40,925 nt of DNA, taken from assembly GCA_964639535.1 (NCBI GenBank), contig CAZXDV010000001.1:1-40925 (forward strand), given 5' to 3'. Both the position numbers and the translations under genes were made by a program. Source of the stretch: an uncultured Enterobacteriaceae bacterium. Lineage in GTDB: Bacteria; Pseudomonadota; Gammaproteobacteria; Eutrophobiales; Eutrophobiaceae. The number at the start of each line of letters is the position of its first letter. Within the stretch, counting starts at the first letter, position 1. This document shows positions 18,443 through 28,184 of the stretch, piece by piece. The notes beneath the pieces were generated by a model. The model had not been told where the DNA came from. It saw nothing but the letters and a program-made list of their open reading frames with translations, and made no database searches.

Positions 18443-19585
18443 TCACCGGTTGTGATACCGGTGTTTTATAAAGGGAACGTCCTTGACCAGAATTGTATGA
18501 AAACGATTACGGATTTCCACCTGTAATTCAGTTCCCGGCGCAATATATTCACTTTTTATATAACCCAGCGCCACCGGGCTCGACAGGGAAGGAGAAAAAC
18601 TGCCACTGGTGACGAGGCCAACTCTTTCGCCATCTTTGCCAAGGATGTCGCAACCATCTCTCACCGGCACCTTCCCCATGACCTGCAGACCCACCAGTTT
18701 TTCAGCAACTCCACTTTGCAGCTGTTGCATGATGAGGCTTGCACCCGGAAATCCAGGCACTGCGGCTCCATTTTTATACTTTGCCGCTATAGCCCAGGAC
18801 AGGTTAGCTTCAACGGGAGTCCTGCTTTCATTGATATCCTTTCCATGCAGGCAGAATGCGGCTTCAAGTCGTAACGAATCCCGCGCGCCAAGACCCGCCA
18901 GGGCAACACGCTCATCTTCCATAAGCAGCGCTACCAGCTTTGCTACCTGCTCGTTCAGGATGGAAATTTCAAATCCGTCCTCGCCGGTATAACCACAGCG
19001 ATTTATAAAACACTCCCGTGTCCCCAGCTGGAATTTCCTGCCCTGCATAAAATCCAGCTGGCTAACACCGGCTACGTGGTTTTCCAGCACAGCTGCAGCT
19101 TCAGGTCCCTGCAGGGCAAGCAGTGAATAATCATTTTCCAGGGTGACCCGGTGGGAGGTGAGCTTGCTATCAAGGTAGTGAAACACCGATTCCTTGTGCG
19201 CAGCATTTACAACCAGCCGCAGCCCCTTGGGGCAACGGGTGACCATGACATCATCAATAATGCCGCCCCTGTCATTGGTGAGGAGCGTATAACGCTGGCG
19301 CCCAGGCTTGAGCTCCTGCATGTTGCCCGTGACAAGTTCTTCCAGGGCCTTGCTGGCGGAATCGCCGGAAACAAGAATCTGCCCCATGTGAGAGACGTCG
19401 AATATGCTTGCCTGTGCCCGCGTGTGCAGGTGCTCTGCTTTTATTCCGCCGGGATAATGCAGCGGTAATGAATAACCGGCAAACTCCACCAGCTTTCCTC
19501 CCCTTTCCAGGTGCAGGGAGTAAAGCGCCGTTTGCCTGGTTTCACCGCCAGCTACGGTATGACTTGTTGGTTCGGACATATTCAT
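18443..19585 (-). CDS. gcvT: Aminomethyltransferase, glycine cleavage T protein
   Basis: TALYSLHLERGGKLVEFAGYSLPLHY..GIKAEHLHTRAQASIFDVSHMGQ is typical of GcvT. The likely start is ATG 19585 or 19579. The track ORF extends to 19627. Confidence 0.92.
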   Translation of the reverse strand: MNMSEPTSHTVAGGETRQTALYSLHLERGGKLVEFAGYSLPLHYPGGIKAEHLHTRAQASIFDVSHMGQILVSGDSASKALEELVTGNMQELKPGRQRYTLLTNDRGGIIDDVMVTRCPKGLRLVVNAAHKESVFHYLDSKLTSHRVTLENDYSLLALQGPEAAAVLENHVAGVSQLDFMQGRKFQLGTRECFINRCGYTGEDGFEISILNEQVAKLVALLMEDERVALAGLGARDSLRLEAAFCLHGKDINESRTPVEANLSWAIAAKYKNGAAVPGFPGASLIMQQLQSGVAEKLVGLQVMGKVPVRDGCDILGKDGERVGLVTSGSFSPSLSSPVALGYIKSEYIAPGTELQVEIRNRFHTILVKDVPFIKHRYHNR

Positions 19586-19765
19586 GGTTTCAACCCCGGT
19601 TACACCCGCGGGCAGTAAAGCTTGCACCAGGATTCACCTGCAGGATTACCTGTTCTTTAGCTTTCATATTTCTATACAGGGAGTATACTAGCGCACATTA
19701 ATTCATAAGAATAATTAATATTTTTTATATCTTAATAATTTATATTGATATATGGCCGGCTTGTC

Positions 19766-20617
19766 ATGAAAAATCTTCCCATGGATGTACTGCGCTCCTT
19801 TGTCACTGTTGCTGATTTTGGAAGCTATACCCAGGCAAGCGAGTTGCTGTCCCGCTCGCAGCCTGCAGTCAGCATGCAATTGAAAAAACTCGAACAGCTG
19901 GTACAACGACGGCTCTTTCAGCGCGAGGAACAAAAACTGGCGCTGACCGAAGATGGCGAGATCCTCTTTGATTATGCCCGCAAGATCCTCGCGCTCAACG
20001 ATGAGGCCATATCCAGCATAATCAAGCCATCAATTTCCGGTAATGTTCGCCTGGGCATCCCCAGTGAGTTTGCCACAACACTTCTTCCTCGAATTGTTGG
20101 GCGTTTTTCAAAGACCTATCCAACTGTATCACTTGACGTAAGCTGCGACCTCAGCATCAACCTGTTATCAGCAAAGCAACGCAAGAATTTTGATCTTATC
20201 CTGGCACTACAGGATGACACCTCGACCAGGGGATCGGAAAAAGTCTGGGTTGACGAACTTGTCTGGGTTAGCAAGGAAAGGTTCAATGCGCAGACACAGG
20301 AGCCTATCCCGCTTATCGTGGCACCCGATGGCTGCATTTACCGAAAACGGGCCATTGAGAAACTGGAAAAACTGAACCGCCAGTGGAGAATAGTGTATAC
20401 CATCCCCGATCTAAGTGGCATCCAGTCCGCCATCGAAGAAGGACTGGGTGTGACCGTCCTGGCGAAGAGAACAGTCCCTGATAACCTGCAAATCATTAAG
20501 ACCGACAGGAAATTCCCCAGGCTGGGAAAAGTTTCAATACGCCTGATCAAGTGTTCCGAGAAAAACGAAGAAGCGGTAACTCGTCTCATGGAATACCTGC
20601 GCATCAGCATGGCCTGA
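19766..20617 (+). CDS. LysR-family transcriptional regulator (divergent from gcvTHP, upstream of sdaA)
   Basis: It has an N-terminal wHTH (FVTVADFGSYTQASELLSRSQPAVSMQLKKLE) and a LysR substrate-binding domain. ATG 19766 is preferred over the TTG at 19745. It is not obviously GcvA-like by sequence. Confidence 0.88.
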   Translation: MKNLPMDVLRSFVTVADFGSYTQASELLSRSQPAVSMQLKKLEQLVQRRLFQREEQKLALTEDGEILFDYARKILALNDEAISSIIKPSISGNVRLGIPSEFATTLLPRIVGRFSKTYPTVSLDVSCDLSINLLSAKQRKNFDLILALQDDTSTRGSEKVWVDELVWVSKERFNAQTQEPIPLIVAPDGCIYRKRAIEKLEKLNRQWRIVYTIPDLSGIQSAIEEGLGVTVLAKRTVPDNLQIIKTDRKFPRLGKVSIRLIKCSEKNEEAVTRLMEYLRISMA

Positions 20618-20644
20618 ACATGATTTATTTTACCGGTTGCCTGC

Positions 20645-22030
20645 ATGAACGTTAGCTTACTGGACTTATTCAAGATTGGTATTGGTCCGTCAAGTTCACA
20701 CACGGTCGGACCCATGATTGCGGCCTATCGCTTCTGTGCTGAACTCGAACAGCAACAGCTACTGGAGCAGGTCAATAATATGTGCGCTGAGACCTTTGGC
20801 TCCCTCGCACTTACCGGCATTGGTCACGCCACTGACAAGGCACTGTTACTCGGATTATCCGGGCAACAACCACATCTGCTAGATCCTGACGCTGCTGACA
20901 GGCTGGTGGATGACATCAGGCGGGACGGCGTCTTGCGCTTAATGGATAGCAAGCCGATAAACTTCAATGTCGACACGGACCTGAAGTTTAACCGTCGCAA
21001 ACTCCTGCCCTTTCACTCCAATGGCATGCGCTTTAGCGCTCTTGATGAAGCCGGAAACCTCCTTTTACAGGGCATTTACTATTCAATTGGGGGCGGATTT
21101 GTTGTCAGCGAAAGTGAATCACAACAAGACGGGGCCAGTGAACCAACAGAGCAGGAAAGCCTTCCTTTTCCCTTTGCTTCAGCCAGGGAACTCCTTTCAC
21201 TGTGTCGCGAGAAACAGAAGAGTATTGCTGAAATTGTCCTGGCAAATGAACTAACCCGGCTAGATAAAGACAGCCTGCTTGGAAAAATAGACGAACTCTG
21301 GCAGACCATGGAAGCGTGTATAGACCGGGGCTGCAATAACACGGGGCTGCTACCGGGCCGGCTAAAAGTGAATCGCCGCGCCAGCGAGCTTTTCCAGCGC
21401 CTGGAATCACGCGATAGTGATGCCCTGGCTGACCCAATGGCGGCCATGGACTGGATCAATCTCTGGGCTATCGCGGTCAACGAAGAAAATGCAGCCGGTG
21501 GAAAAGTTGTCACGGCACCCACCAATGGCGCGGCAGGTATCATTCCTGCGGTATTACGTTATTACGATCGCTTTTGCAGGGATGCAAGTAAGCAGGGTAT
21601 CCACGATTTTTTCCTGGTCGCGACTGCTATCGGAGCGCTGTACAAGAAAAACGCATCGATATCCGGCGCCGAAGTTGGTTGCCAGGGTGAAGTCGGCGTG
21701 GCCTGTTCAATGGCTGCTGCTGGCCTCACGGCAGCGCTGGGTGGCAGCAATGAGCAGGTAGAAAATGCTGCTGAAATTGCCATGGAGCATAATCTTGGAC
21801 TCACCTGTGATCCCATCGGGGGGCTCGTACAAATCCCCTGTATTGAAAGAAATGCCATTGGCGCGGTCAAGGCTATCGACGCTTCACGCATGGCAATGCT
21901 CGGGGATGGCGTTCACAAGGTGTCCCTGGATAAGGTCATCGCAACCATGCGTCAAACTGGTATGGACATGCGAACCAAGTACAAGGAAACATCAAAGGGC
22001 GGCCTTGCCGTGAATGTGGTGGAGTGCTAG
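20645..22030 (+). CDS. sdaA: L-serine ammonia-lyase (iron-sulfur L-serine dehydratase, single chain)
   Basis: 461 aa. The N-terminus SLLDLFKIGIGPSSSHTVGPM, the blocks TAPTNGAAGIIPAVL, CQGEVGVACSMAA and the CIERNA motif are characteristic of SdaA/SdaB. Confidence 0.93.
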   Translation: MNVSLLDLFKIGIGPSSSHTVGPMIAAYRFCAELEQQQLLEQVNNMCAETFGSLALTGIGHATDKALLLGLSGQQPHLLDPDAADRLVDDIRRDGVLRLMDSKPINFNVDTDLKFNRRKLLPFHSNGMRFSALDEAGNLLLQGIYYSIGGGFVVSESESQQDGASEPTEQESLPFPFASARELLSLCREKQKSIAEIVLANELTRLDKDSLLGKIDELWQTMEACIDRGCNNTGLLPGRLKVNRRASELFQRLESRDSDALADPMAAMDWINLWAIAVNEENAAGGKVVTAPTNGAAGIIPAVLRYYDRFCRDASKQGIHDFFLVATAIGALYKKNASISGAEVGCQGEVGVACSMAAAGLTAALGGSNEQVENAAEIAMEHNLGLTCDPIGGLVQIPCIERNAIGAVKAIDASRMAMLGDGVHKVSLDKVIATMRQTGMDMRTKYKETSKGGLAVNVVEC

Positions 22031-22037
22031 ACCGGAC

Positions 22038-22841
22038 CTAGCCTACTCGCTTTACCTGCACTTCCACCCCACCGCCGGGCGATAATTCAAAGACAGTGTA
22101 TCCAGGATCCAGGTTATCCCGGGCGTAGGCATCACTACCGGGTGTAAACTGGATACAGGTGGACGGACTTCCAACCAGGCTCACGCCAGCCCTGCTGCTG
22201 CGAAACTCCTGGTGTACGTGCCCCCAGGCAATACAGCGAACCTGGCTGTAGCAATCCACTATGCTGAAAAAATCTTCCGGGTTCTCAAGCATCATACCGT
22301 CCATCCAGCTCGAGAGAACGGGTACCGGCTGGTGATGCAAAAAAATTATCACATTGTCAGGGCCGGACTGTTCCAACGCATTATCAAGAAAAGCCAGCTC
22401 ATCCTTACCCAGTGCCCCTGCATGGGTATGGGTATTCGGGATAAAGTCGTCAAGCAGGATAAGCCTCCAGTTACCGATACTAATTTCTTTATCTGTGCTT
22501 GTTATTCCACTGTTGAGTTGTTTCTGCATCAACCCGGGATCGTCATGGTTTCCCGGGAGACAGAATACCGGGACCGTGAGGCGTTCAAGGAGTTTACTTA
22601 AGTTGGCATAGGCCGAGGGACTCGGGTCGTGCACGAGATCACCACTGAGCACCACCAGGTCAGCCTGTTCTTCTGCAGCTATCGCCTCTATTACCCCGGA
22701 CAGGGATGTCGCAGTATTTAACCCGTCCAGTTCTTCTTCGGGGTCAGAGAAGATATGGGTATCGGTTATCTGTATGAGCCTGATACAATTGGCATTCACC
22801 GGCTGCAACTTATTTTTGTTCATCACGGGCCACCAGTACAT
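22038..22841 (-). CDS. cpdA: 3',5'-cyclic-nucleotide phosphodiesterase (calcineurin-like metallophosphoesterase, CpdA-type)
   Basis: Motifs ITDTH, GDLVHD, GNHD, FLHHQP and GHVHQ occur in CpdA order, and overall collinearity with E. coli CpdA is good. An alternative start is ATG 22823. Confidence 0.85.
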   Translation of the reverse strand: MYWWPVMNKNKLQPVNANCIRLIQITDTHIFSDPEEELDGLNTATSLSGVIEAIAAEEQADLVVLSGDLVHDPSPSAYANLSKLLERLTVPVFCLPGNHDDPGLMQKQLNSGITSTDKEISIGNWRLILLDDFIPNTHTHAGALGKDELAFLDNALEQSGPDNVIIFLHHQPVPVLSSWMDGMMLENPEDFFSIVDCYSQVRCIAWGHVHQEFRSSRAGVSLVGSPSTCIQFTPGSDAYARDNLDPGYTVFELSPGGGVEVQVKRVG

Positions 22842-22867
22842 CCTGAAATAACAATATAATTAAGACC

Positions 22868-23530
22868 ATGTCTCGTAACATAATCGAATTGACCGATGAG
22901 CTATACGCCTATCTTGAGTCCGTCAGTTTAAGAGAGAATCTCGTTCTCAGGCAACTTCGTGAGGAAACCGCCTCTCACCGTTGGGCGAGTATGCAGATTT
23001 CACCTGTACAGGGGCAGTTTATGACCCTGCTGGTAAAATTGCTTGGTGCAAGGCGAATTATCGAACTCGGGGTATTTACCGGGTATAGCAGCCTGTGCAT
23101 GGCACTGGGTATGCCGGAAGACGGTCGCCTGGTTGCCTGTGATGTGAATGAAGAATATACCAGCACAGCACGTCGTTACTGGGAAATGGCGGGAGTCAGC
23201 GAGCGCATTGAACTACGACTGGCACCTGCGCTTGAAACGCTCCAGGATTTACTGGACAGTGGCCAGGCCGGCACCTACGATTTCATCTTTGCAGACGCGA
23301 TAAAAGAAGAATACCAGGAGTACCTTGAGCTTGGTTTACAACTTTTACGGCCTGGCGGAGTAATGGGAATAGATAATGTGCTGTGGGGTGGTTCGGTAAT
23401 TGACCCGGAGAAACAGAACGCTGAAGTCACCGCCATCAGGAAATTCAACCAGTTCCTACACGAGGATGAACGCGTTGATATTTCAATGTTGCCTATCGGT
23501 GACGGCCTGACCCTTGCGAGAAAAATATGA
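22868..23530 (+). CDS. Class I SAM-dependent O-methyltransferase (caffeoyl-CoA O-methyltransferase-like family)
   Basis: 220 aa. It has the SAM-binding block [12 protein letters not shown], the downstream FIFADA..K..Y and GG....DNVLW blocks typical of the cation-dependent OMT family. Confidence 0.85.
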   Translation: MSRNIIELTDELYAYLESVSLRENLVLRQLREETASHRWASMQISPVQGQFMTLLVKLLGARRIIELGVFTGYSSLCMALGMPEDGRLVACDVNEEYTSTARRYWEMAGVSERIELRLAPALETLQDLLDSGQAGTYDFIFADAIKEEYQEYLELGLQLLRPGGVMGIDNVLWGGSVIDPEKQNAEVTAIRKFNQFLHEDERVDISMLPIGDGLTLARKI

Positions 23531-24906
23531 AACCACGAATAGTTGATTACCTGCAAAGTGAAAATGCAGCCGAGTCTGTCAGCCTCCAGGGCTGGGTACG
23601 AACACGTCGCGACTCAAAGGATTTTTCCTTTATTGAGCTTAACGACGGTTCCTGCCTGGCGAATATCCAGGTGATTGCGGATGCCACCATGGACGGCTAC
23701 GAAAAAATCAGGGATATCGCTACCGGCGCCGCCATTAAAGTAGACGGGCGCCTGGTGGAATCTCCGGGTAAAGGACAAAAATGGGAAGTACAGGCCACTG
23801 CGGTAGAGTTGCTGGGTGTTGCCCCTGAAGACTTTCCGCTGCAGAAAAAACGCCATTCCGATGAGTTTCTTCGCAGCATTGCCCATTTACGCCCGAGGAC
23901 CAATAAGTATGGCGCGATATTCAGGATACGCTCCAGTCTTTCCCATGCGGTACACCAGTTTTTCCAGGACAGGGGGTTTCGCTGGATTCACACGCCGATT
24001 ATTACAGGAGCTGACTGCGAGGGCGCAGGTGAAATGTTTCGCGTCACCACCCTTGAGCCGGGCAATGCACCCATGCAGGATGGCGCAGTAGATTACGGCG
24101 AAGACTTCTTTGGCAAGGAGTCCATGCTCACGGTATCAGGGCAATTATCCGTAGAGTCTTTTTGCCAGAGCCTCGGCAACGTGTACACCTTTGGCCCAAC
24201 TTTTCGGGCTGAAAATTCCAATACTTCTCGCCATATCGCTGAATTCTGGATGATCGAACCGGAAATGGCCTTTGCGGATCTTCAGGACGATATGGATCTT
24301 GGTGAGGAGATGATCAAGCACCTGGTTGGCCACGCGGTTAACGAGTGCAGTGCTGACCTGGAGCTGTTTGCAAAATTCGTCGACAAGAACCTCATGCAAA
24401 CGCTTGAGAATATCGCTTCAAAGAGCTTTATTCGCCTGCCCTACACGGAAGCTATCGAGATACTGGAAAAAGCAGGCGAGAAATTTGAATACGAGCCAGC
24501 ATGGGGTAAAGACCTGCAGTCTGAGCATGAACGCTTTCTCACGGAAAAGCATTTCAAGCAGCCGGTGATTGTTTATGACTACCCAAAGGACATCAAGGCT
24601 TTCTACATGCGGCTCAATGATGACGAAAAGACCGTTGCTGCGATGGACGTGCTGGTGCCCTCAATCGGTGAGATTATAGGCGGCAGCCAGAGAGAAGAAC
24701 GTCATGATTACCTGTTAAAACGGATCAGGGAAATGGACTTTGATGAATCTGATTACTGGTGGTACCTGGAGCTAAGGAAATACGGCACCGCACCCCATGC
24801 CGGCTTTGGCCTGGGTTTTGAAAGATTGCTGATGCTGCTTACCGGGGTGTCCAATATTCGCGATGTGATCCCCTTTCCACGCACCCCAAAACACCTGGAG
24901 TTCTAG
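23527..24906 (+). CDS. asnS: Asparagine--tRNA ligase
   Basis: Collinear with E. coli AsnS throughout ([72 protein letters not shown]). The ATG overlaps the OMT stop (ATGA). Confidence 0.96.
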   Translation: MKPRIVDYLQSENAAESVSLQGWVRTRRDSKDFSFIELNDGSCLANIQVIADATMDGYEKIRDIATGAAIKVDGRLVESPGKGQKWEVQATAVELLGVAPEDFPLQKKRHSDEFLRSIAHLRPRTNKYGAIFRIRSSLSHAVHQFFQDRGFRWIHTPIITGADCEGAGEMFRVTTLEPGNAPMQDGAVDYGEDFFGKESMLTVSGQLSVESFCQSLGNVYTFGPTFRAENSNTSRHIAEFWMIEPEMAFADLQDDMDLGEEMIKHLVGHAVNECSADLELFAKFVDKNLMQTLENIASKSFIRLPYTEAIEILEKAGEKFEYEPAWGKDLQSEHERFLTEKHFKQPVIVYDYPKDIKAFYMRLNDDEKTVAAMDVLVPSIGEIIGGSQREERHDYLLKRIREMDFDESDYWWYLELRKYGTAPHAGFGLGFERLLMLLTGVSNIRDVIPFPRTPKHLEF

Positions 24907-25283
24907 TTTTCGTTGTCCAGTTGGCGCTGTTTTAGCAGCGGCATACGCTGAAAAAGCGGGATGCAGATCATGTATATGATTAGACCCACGGTGTTTCCCA
25001 CCATGTCGAGAAAAGAAAACTCGCGGTAGGGAAGAAAGTACTGGATACACTCGATGAGCACACCATAGGCCAGTACCGGCACAATTTTTCGTATTGAAAA
25101 ATGGCTGCCTGGAAAGGAATAGTCGCCCAGGAACGATAAACACAGGAAAGCCAGTGCATGGGATACCTTGTCATTCATCTCCTGCCCCACCTCGTATTGC
25201 ACCGGTGTCGTCGTCAGGTAAAGGATCAGGAGTGTCGCGACAACAAGCGCAAACCTGAAAAAAATTGTCACATTTGCCGGCAT
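24903..25283 (-). CDS. VanZ-like family membrane protein
   Basis: 126 aa with 4 TMs, DKVSHALAF and [12 protein letters not shown]...N..G blocks typical of VanZ-like proteins. Confidence 0.75.
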   Translation of the reverse strand: MPANVTIFFRFALVVATLLILYLTTTPVQYEVGQEMNDKVSHALAFLCLSFLGDYSFPGSHFSIRKIVPVLAYGVLIECIQYFLPYREFSFLDMVGNTVGLIIYMICIPLFQRMPLLKQRQLDNEN

Positions 25284-25293
25284 CGTCTTGCTC

Positions 25294-26217
25294 TTAACTA
25301 TTCGTCCAGTGCTCCCAGTACGGTTCAGGCTGGTATAACTCGATCAGGTATTCCACGAAGGTTCGTACCTTGGCTGACAGGTGACGACGATGCGGATAAA
25401 TAGCATGGATAGGTCTCGCCGGCGGGCCATACTGCCCAAGCACCGGCACCAGGCGCCCTGCTCCCACGTCAAGGCCAACCATGTAGGCCGGTAACTGCAC
25501 CAGTCCGCTACCCTGGATCGCTGCTATGCGTAGTGCATCACCTACATTCGATCGAACATCACCGCTGACTTTCAATTTTTTGACTTTGCCATTGACCGAG
25601 AAACGCCATTCACCCAGTGGCTGTCGCCCGGAATATACCAGGCAATTATGCTCCCTGAGTTCTTCAATGGTTCCCGGTGTACCGTGTTCATCAAGGTACT
25701 CCTGTGAAGCACAGACAATCATTCGGGCATCCGCAATGTGCCTGGCAACGAGACTGGAATCTTCCAGCAGGCCAACACGTACCACCATGTCCAGGCCCTC
25801 TTCAATAATATCCGGCTCCCGTTCTGTCAGCACCAGTTCTACGCTGACTCCTTCGTACAACTTGCGATACCCGGATACAGCACGTGCCAGGTGAAAAGAC
25901 CCAAAAGATGTGGGGGCCATTACACGCAGGGTGCCGCGGGGTTCCGACCCCAGCTGCGCAATTGATTGTTCGGTCTCTGATATCTCGTGCAGGATCTCCT
26001 GCACCCTGTCGCGATAGGCAATCCCGGCCTCGGTAAGGTTGATTTGCCTGGTAGTGCGGTTCATTAATCGTACACCCAGCGCATTTTCAAGATTGGTCAC
26101 GTGCTTTGACACCATTGCCTTGGATATTCCGAGCTGTGTCGCCGCTTCGGAAAAACTCTGCTGCCGCGCTACCTGCAGGAACACTTCAATGCTGTTGAGC
26201 TTGTTTATCTTGTCCAT
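25294..26217 (-). CDS. LysR-family transcriptional regulator
   Basis: 307 aa with an N-terminal wHTH (FLQVARQQSFSEAATQLGISKAMVSKHVTNLE) and a LysR substrate-binding domain. It is divergent from the DUF4440-like gene. Confidence 0.9.
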   Translation of the reverse strand: MDKINKLNSIEVFLQVARQQSFSEAATQLGISKAMVSKHVTNLENALGVRLMNRTTRQINLTEAGIAYRDRVQEILHEISETEQSIAQLGSEPRGTLRVMAPTSFGSFHLARAVSGYRKLYEGVSVELVLTEREPDIIEEGLDMVVRVGLLEDSSLVARHIADARMIVCASQEYLDEHGTPGTIEELREHNCLVYSGRQPLGEWRFSVNGKVKKLKVSGDVRSNVGDALRIAAIQGSGLVQLPAYMVGLDVGAGRLVPVLGQYGPPARPIHAIYPHRRHLSAKVRTFVEYLIELYQPEPYWEHWTNS

Positions 26218-26261
26218 GACATGAAAATCTATTGTTTAATATTAGTTAACAGTTTTTTAAT

Positions 26262-26281
26262 AAGTTTACTATTGTAAACTT
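26262..26281. promoter_or_regulatory. Perfect palindrome AAGTTTAC-TATT-GTAAACTT in the divergent LysR / DUF4440 intergenic region; candidate LysR operator
   Basis: Arms of 8 bp are exactly complementary, with a 4-bp spacer. The site lies about 45 bp upstream of the LysR start and fits the generic T-N11-A architecture of LysR boxes. Confidence 0.45.
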
Positions 26282-26364
26282 TTTAATCAAGCCTTATCTT
26301 ACACCCCATGCCCAGGCACTGAAGTAAGTGCCGCAAACGAACTTAACAACTTGAGGAAAAAACA

Positions 26365-26793
26365 ATGAAGACTATATACGCAATTATCATGGCAGCTGCC
26401 GTTGGTTCTGCAATGGCAATAACAGAAACACAGCAGGCAGTGAGCTGGACGGATAGCAATACCCTGGAACAGGCTTTTGAAGCCGGAGACAGCCAGGCGC
26501 TTGCTGAACTTTACAGCGAGGATGCAGTGGTTATACCTCCAAGCCTTGAGATTCTCGAAACTCCTGAAGACATCAGGCTTTTCTGGGAGGAGCAAATCAC
26601 CAATGGTACCGGCAACTTCCGTCTTCAGACTATCAACAGCAGGCAGCATGGAAATGTTGTTTACCAGAGTGCAGTCTGGATTGCGACAAGGGTTTCAAAT
26701 GGCGTTGAGAGCGAACTGTTTGGCGAAATGACCAACGTCATCAGCCAGCAGGCCGATGGCAGCTGGAAAATCCAGTTACAGAGCTGGAACTAA
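26365..26793 (+). CDS. Secreted SnoaL-like / DUF4440 (NTF2-fold) protein
   Basis: 142 aa. It has a signal peptide MKTIYAIIMAAAVGSAMA, then an NTF2-like pattern (LAELYSEDAVVIPP ... W...G.WKI). A GAGGAA SD is present. Confidence 0.7.
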   Translation: MKTIYAIIMAAAVGSAMAITETQQAVSWTDSNTLEQAFEAGDSQALAELYSEDAVVIPPSLEILETPEDIRLFWEEQITNGTGNFRLQTINSRQHGNVVYQSAVWIATRVSNGVESELFGEMTNVISQQADGSWKIQLQSWN

Positions 26794-26866
26794 TCCCTGC
26801 CGGGAGAAACTAACTAACCTCGAACTGAAATTTAATACCTCCCCCTCTAGATTCAGTTCATGTGCT

Positions 26867-26900
26867 GGCCCCGCTTTGAGTATCAAGGCGGGGCTTTTTT
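26867..26900 (+). terminator. Rho-independent terminator downstream of the DUF4440-like gene
   Basis: The stem GCCCCGC (26868-26874) pairs with GCGGGGC (26888-26894) and is followed by TTTTTT. Confidence 0.75.
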
Positions 26901-26951
26901 GTCCTTGATACCCTGCTGCCAGCACTATTCACAATAGGTTATGATCGCAGC

Positions 26952-27401
26952 ATGGAGACAGGCACCACCGTTATAAGAGCAAGCAGCCCGAAAGAGCTGG
27001 CCTCGGCTCGTCGCATACGCCAGCAAATTTTCGTTGATGAGCAGGGTATTCCGCGCGAGGTGGAGGAAGATGGCCTGAATGATGATGCCATACACGTATT
27101 ACTGCAGGTGAACGGCGAGGACGTGGGTACCTCGCGGCTGGTCGCGCTCTCGAAAACAGGGGGAGAAATCGCAAGGGTCGCGGTTACCAGGGAGCATCGA
27201 GGTAAGGGCCTGGCCAGGCTAATGCTGCAGGAACTGGAGAATATTGCGCTGGAAATGCATCTCACTCACCTGGAATTGCATCCCCACCACTACCTTGAGA
27301 AGTTTTATGCAGGCCTGGGCTATGTGCTTGTGCCGGGTTCTGAAGTGATGGCCGGGGAACACCGCCTGATCACCATGGAGAAAAAACTGCCGGGTCCCTA
27401 G
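26952..27401 (+). CDS. GNAT-family N-acetyltransferase
   Basis: 149 aa. It has RRIRQQIFVDEQGIP..E..D and the acetyl-CoA-binding RGKGLARLML motif. Confidence 0.85.
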   Translation: METGTTVIRASSPKELASARRIRQQIFVDEQGIPREVEEDGLNDDAIHVLLQVNGEDVGTSRLVALSKTGGEIARVAVTREHRGKGLARLMLQELENIALEMHLTHLELHPHHYLEKFYAGLGYVLVPGSEVMAGEHRLITMEKKLPGP

Positions 27402-27404
27402 CTT

Positions 27405-28073
27405 TCAGGCAGCTTCGGGCAGTACCTGTGTACTTTCCCCGGACACAACCATGGTCGTTGGCGATTCTACCGGTGTCACTGTCACTTCGCGCCGTATCCC
27501 CGAATCCAGGATATCCCTGAGCGCACCCACTTCCCGAATGTCGGGATCAAGCCAGCGCTCAAAATCTTCCTGTTCAAGCATCAATGGATAACTAAGCTCG
27601 TGAATATGGCGAAAATTATCCTGCCCTGGCAGGGTAATCACGGTAAAGGAATAAACCGTTTCATCCGCAAACTGCCAGCGCCGGTATAGGCCGGCAAAGG
27701 CGATGGCACTGTGCGCCGGACCCACGGCATAGCAGACCTTGTCCTTCCACTCAAAGAAGCAGCTGGCCGGGATGATGGCACGCTGGGTTTTTACTGCCGA
27801 TGACCACAGGCGACTGCTTTCAAGACGCGTGGACCTGGCATTAAATGTCTTCCACTTCGGGTTCGGACGGTATCCGGGTCCCTTTTTTTTCGGCTCGATC
27901 AGTAGTGACCAGGTCGCTTCATGCATGTGACGCTCACCGGCGTCTTCAAATACGATGGCAGTACTGCTGCCGGGCGCAATATTGTTCTTCGCCTGGGGGA
28001 AAACAGCCAGTCCCAGCGTCTTCATCAGCTCCCTGACAAAGGGGCTGTCACTTACGTTCATACGTCCACACAT
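27405..28073 (-). CDS. SOS response-associated peptidase (SRAP / YedK family, abasic-site DNA-protein crosslinking)
   Basis: From ATG 28073 the protein begins MCGR, the obligatory catalytic Cys2 of SRAP. It continues with typical SRAP blocks (NARSE-like FNARSTRL, P..CFFEW). A GGGAGAA SD lies 7 nt upstream. The gene is divergent from lexA. Confidence 0.88.
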   Translation of the reverse strand: MCGRMNVSDSPFVRELMKTLGLAVFPQAKNNIAPGSSTAIVFEDAGERHMHEATWSLLIEPKKKGPGYRPNPKWKTFNARSTRLESSRLWSSAVKTQRAIIPASCFFEWKDKVCYAVGPAHSAIAFAGLYRRWQFADETVYSFTVITLPGQDNFRHIHELSYPLMLEQEDFERWLDPDIREVGALRDILDSGIRREVTVTPVESPTTMVVSGESTQVLPEAA

Positions 28074-28152
28074 GCCTGAATTCTCCCACCACGGGCACAT
28101 GGATAAAAGATTTTTACAATTCCTGCTTGATCATTGAAAAAATACCACTATA

Positions 28153-28183
28153 CTGCTCATAAAAGCACTGTTTATATTAACAC
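28153..28183 (+). promoter_or_regulatory. Two abutting SOS-box-like 16-mers (CTG-N10-CAC) in the SRAP/lexA divergent control region
   Basis: taCTGCTCATAAAAGCAC (28153-28168) and CTGTTTATATTAACAC (28168-28183) share one base. Each has an AT-rich centre and one mismatch from the gammaproteobacterial CTG-N10-CAG consensus. The second ends 1 nt before the lexA ATG. Confidence 0.45.
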
Positions 28184-28184
28184 C

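Noticed and set aside
19586-19765. Possible glycine riboswitch in the gcvT leader
   Set aside because: Read on the minus strand, the leader lacks the conserved glycine-aptamer cores (GGAGAG...CACCG / ACCGAAGGGGCAA-type blocks). Only an AT-rich promoter region and a short GC-rich stretch are present. A covariance-model scan would be decisive, but I see no support by eye.
28134-28184. 17-aa N-terminal extension of LexA from a TTG start
   Set aside because: ATG 28185 aligns residue-for-residue with the E. coli LexA N-terminus. The extension would translate through the SOS-box-like operators.
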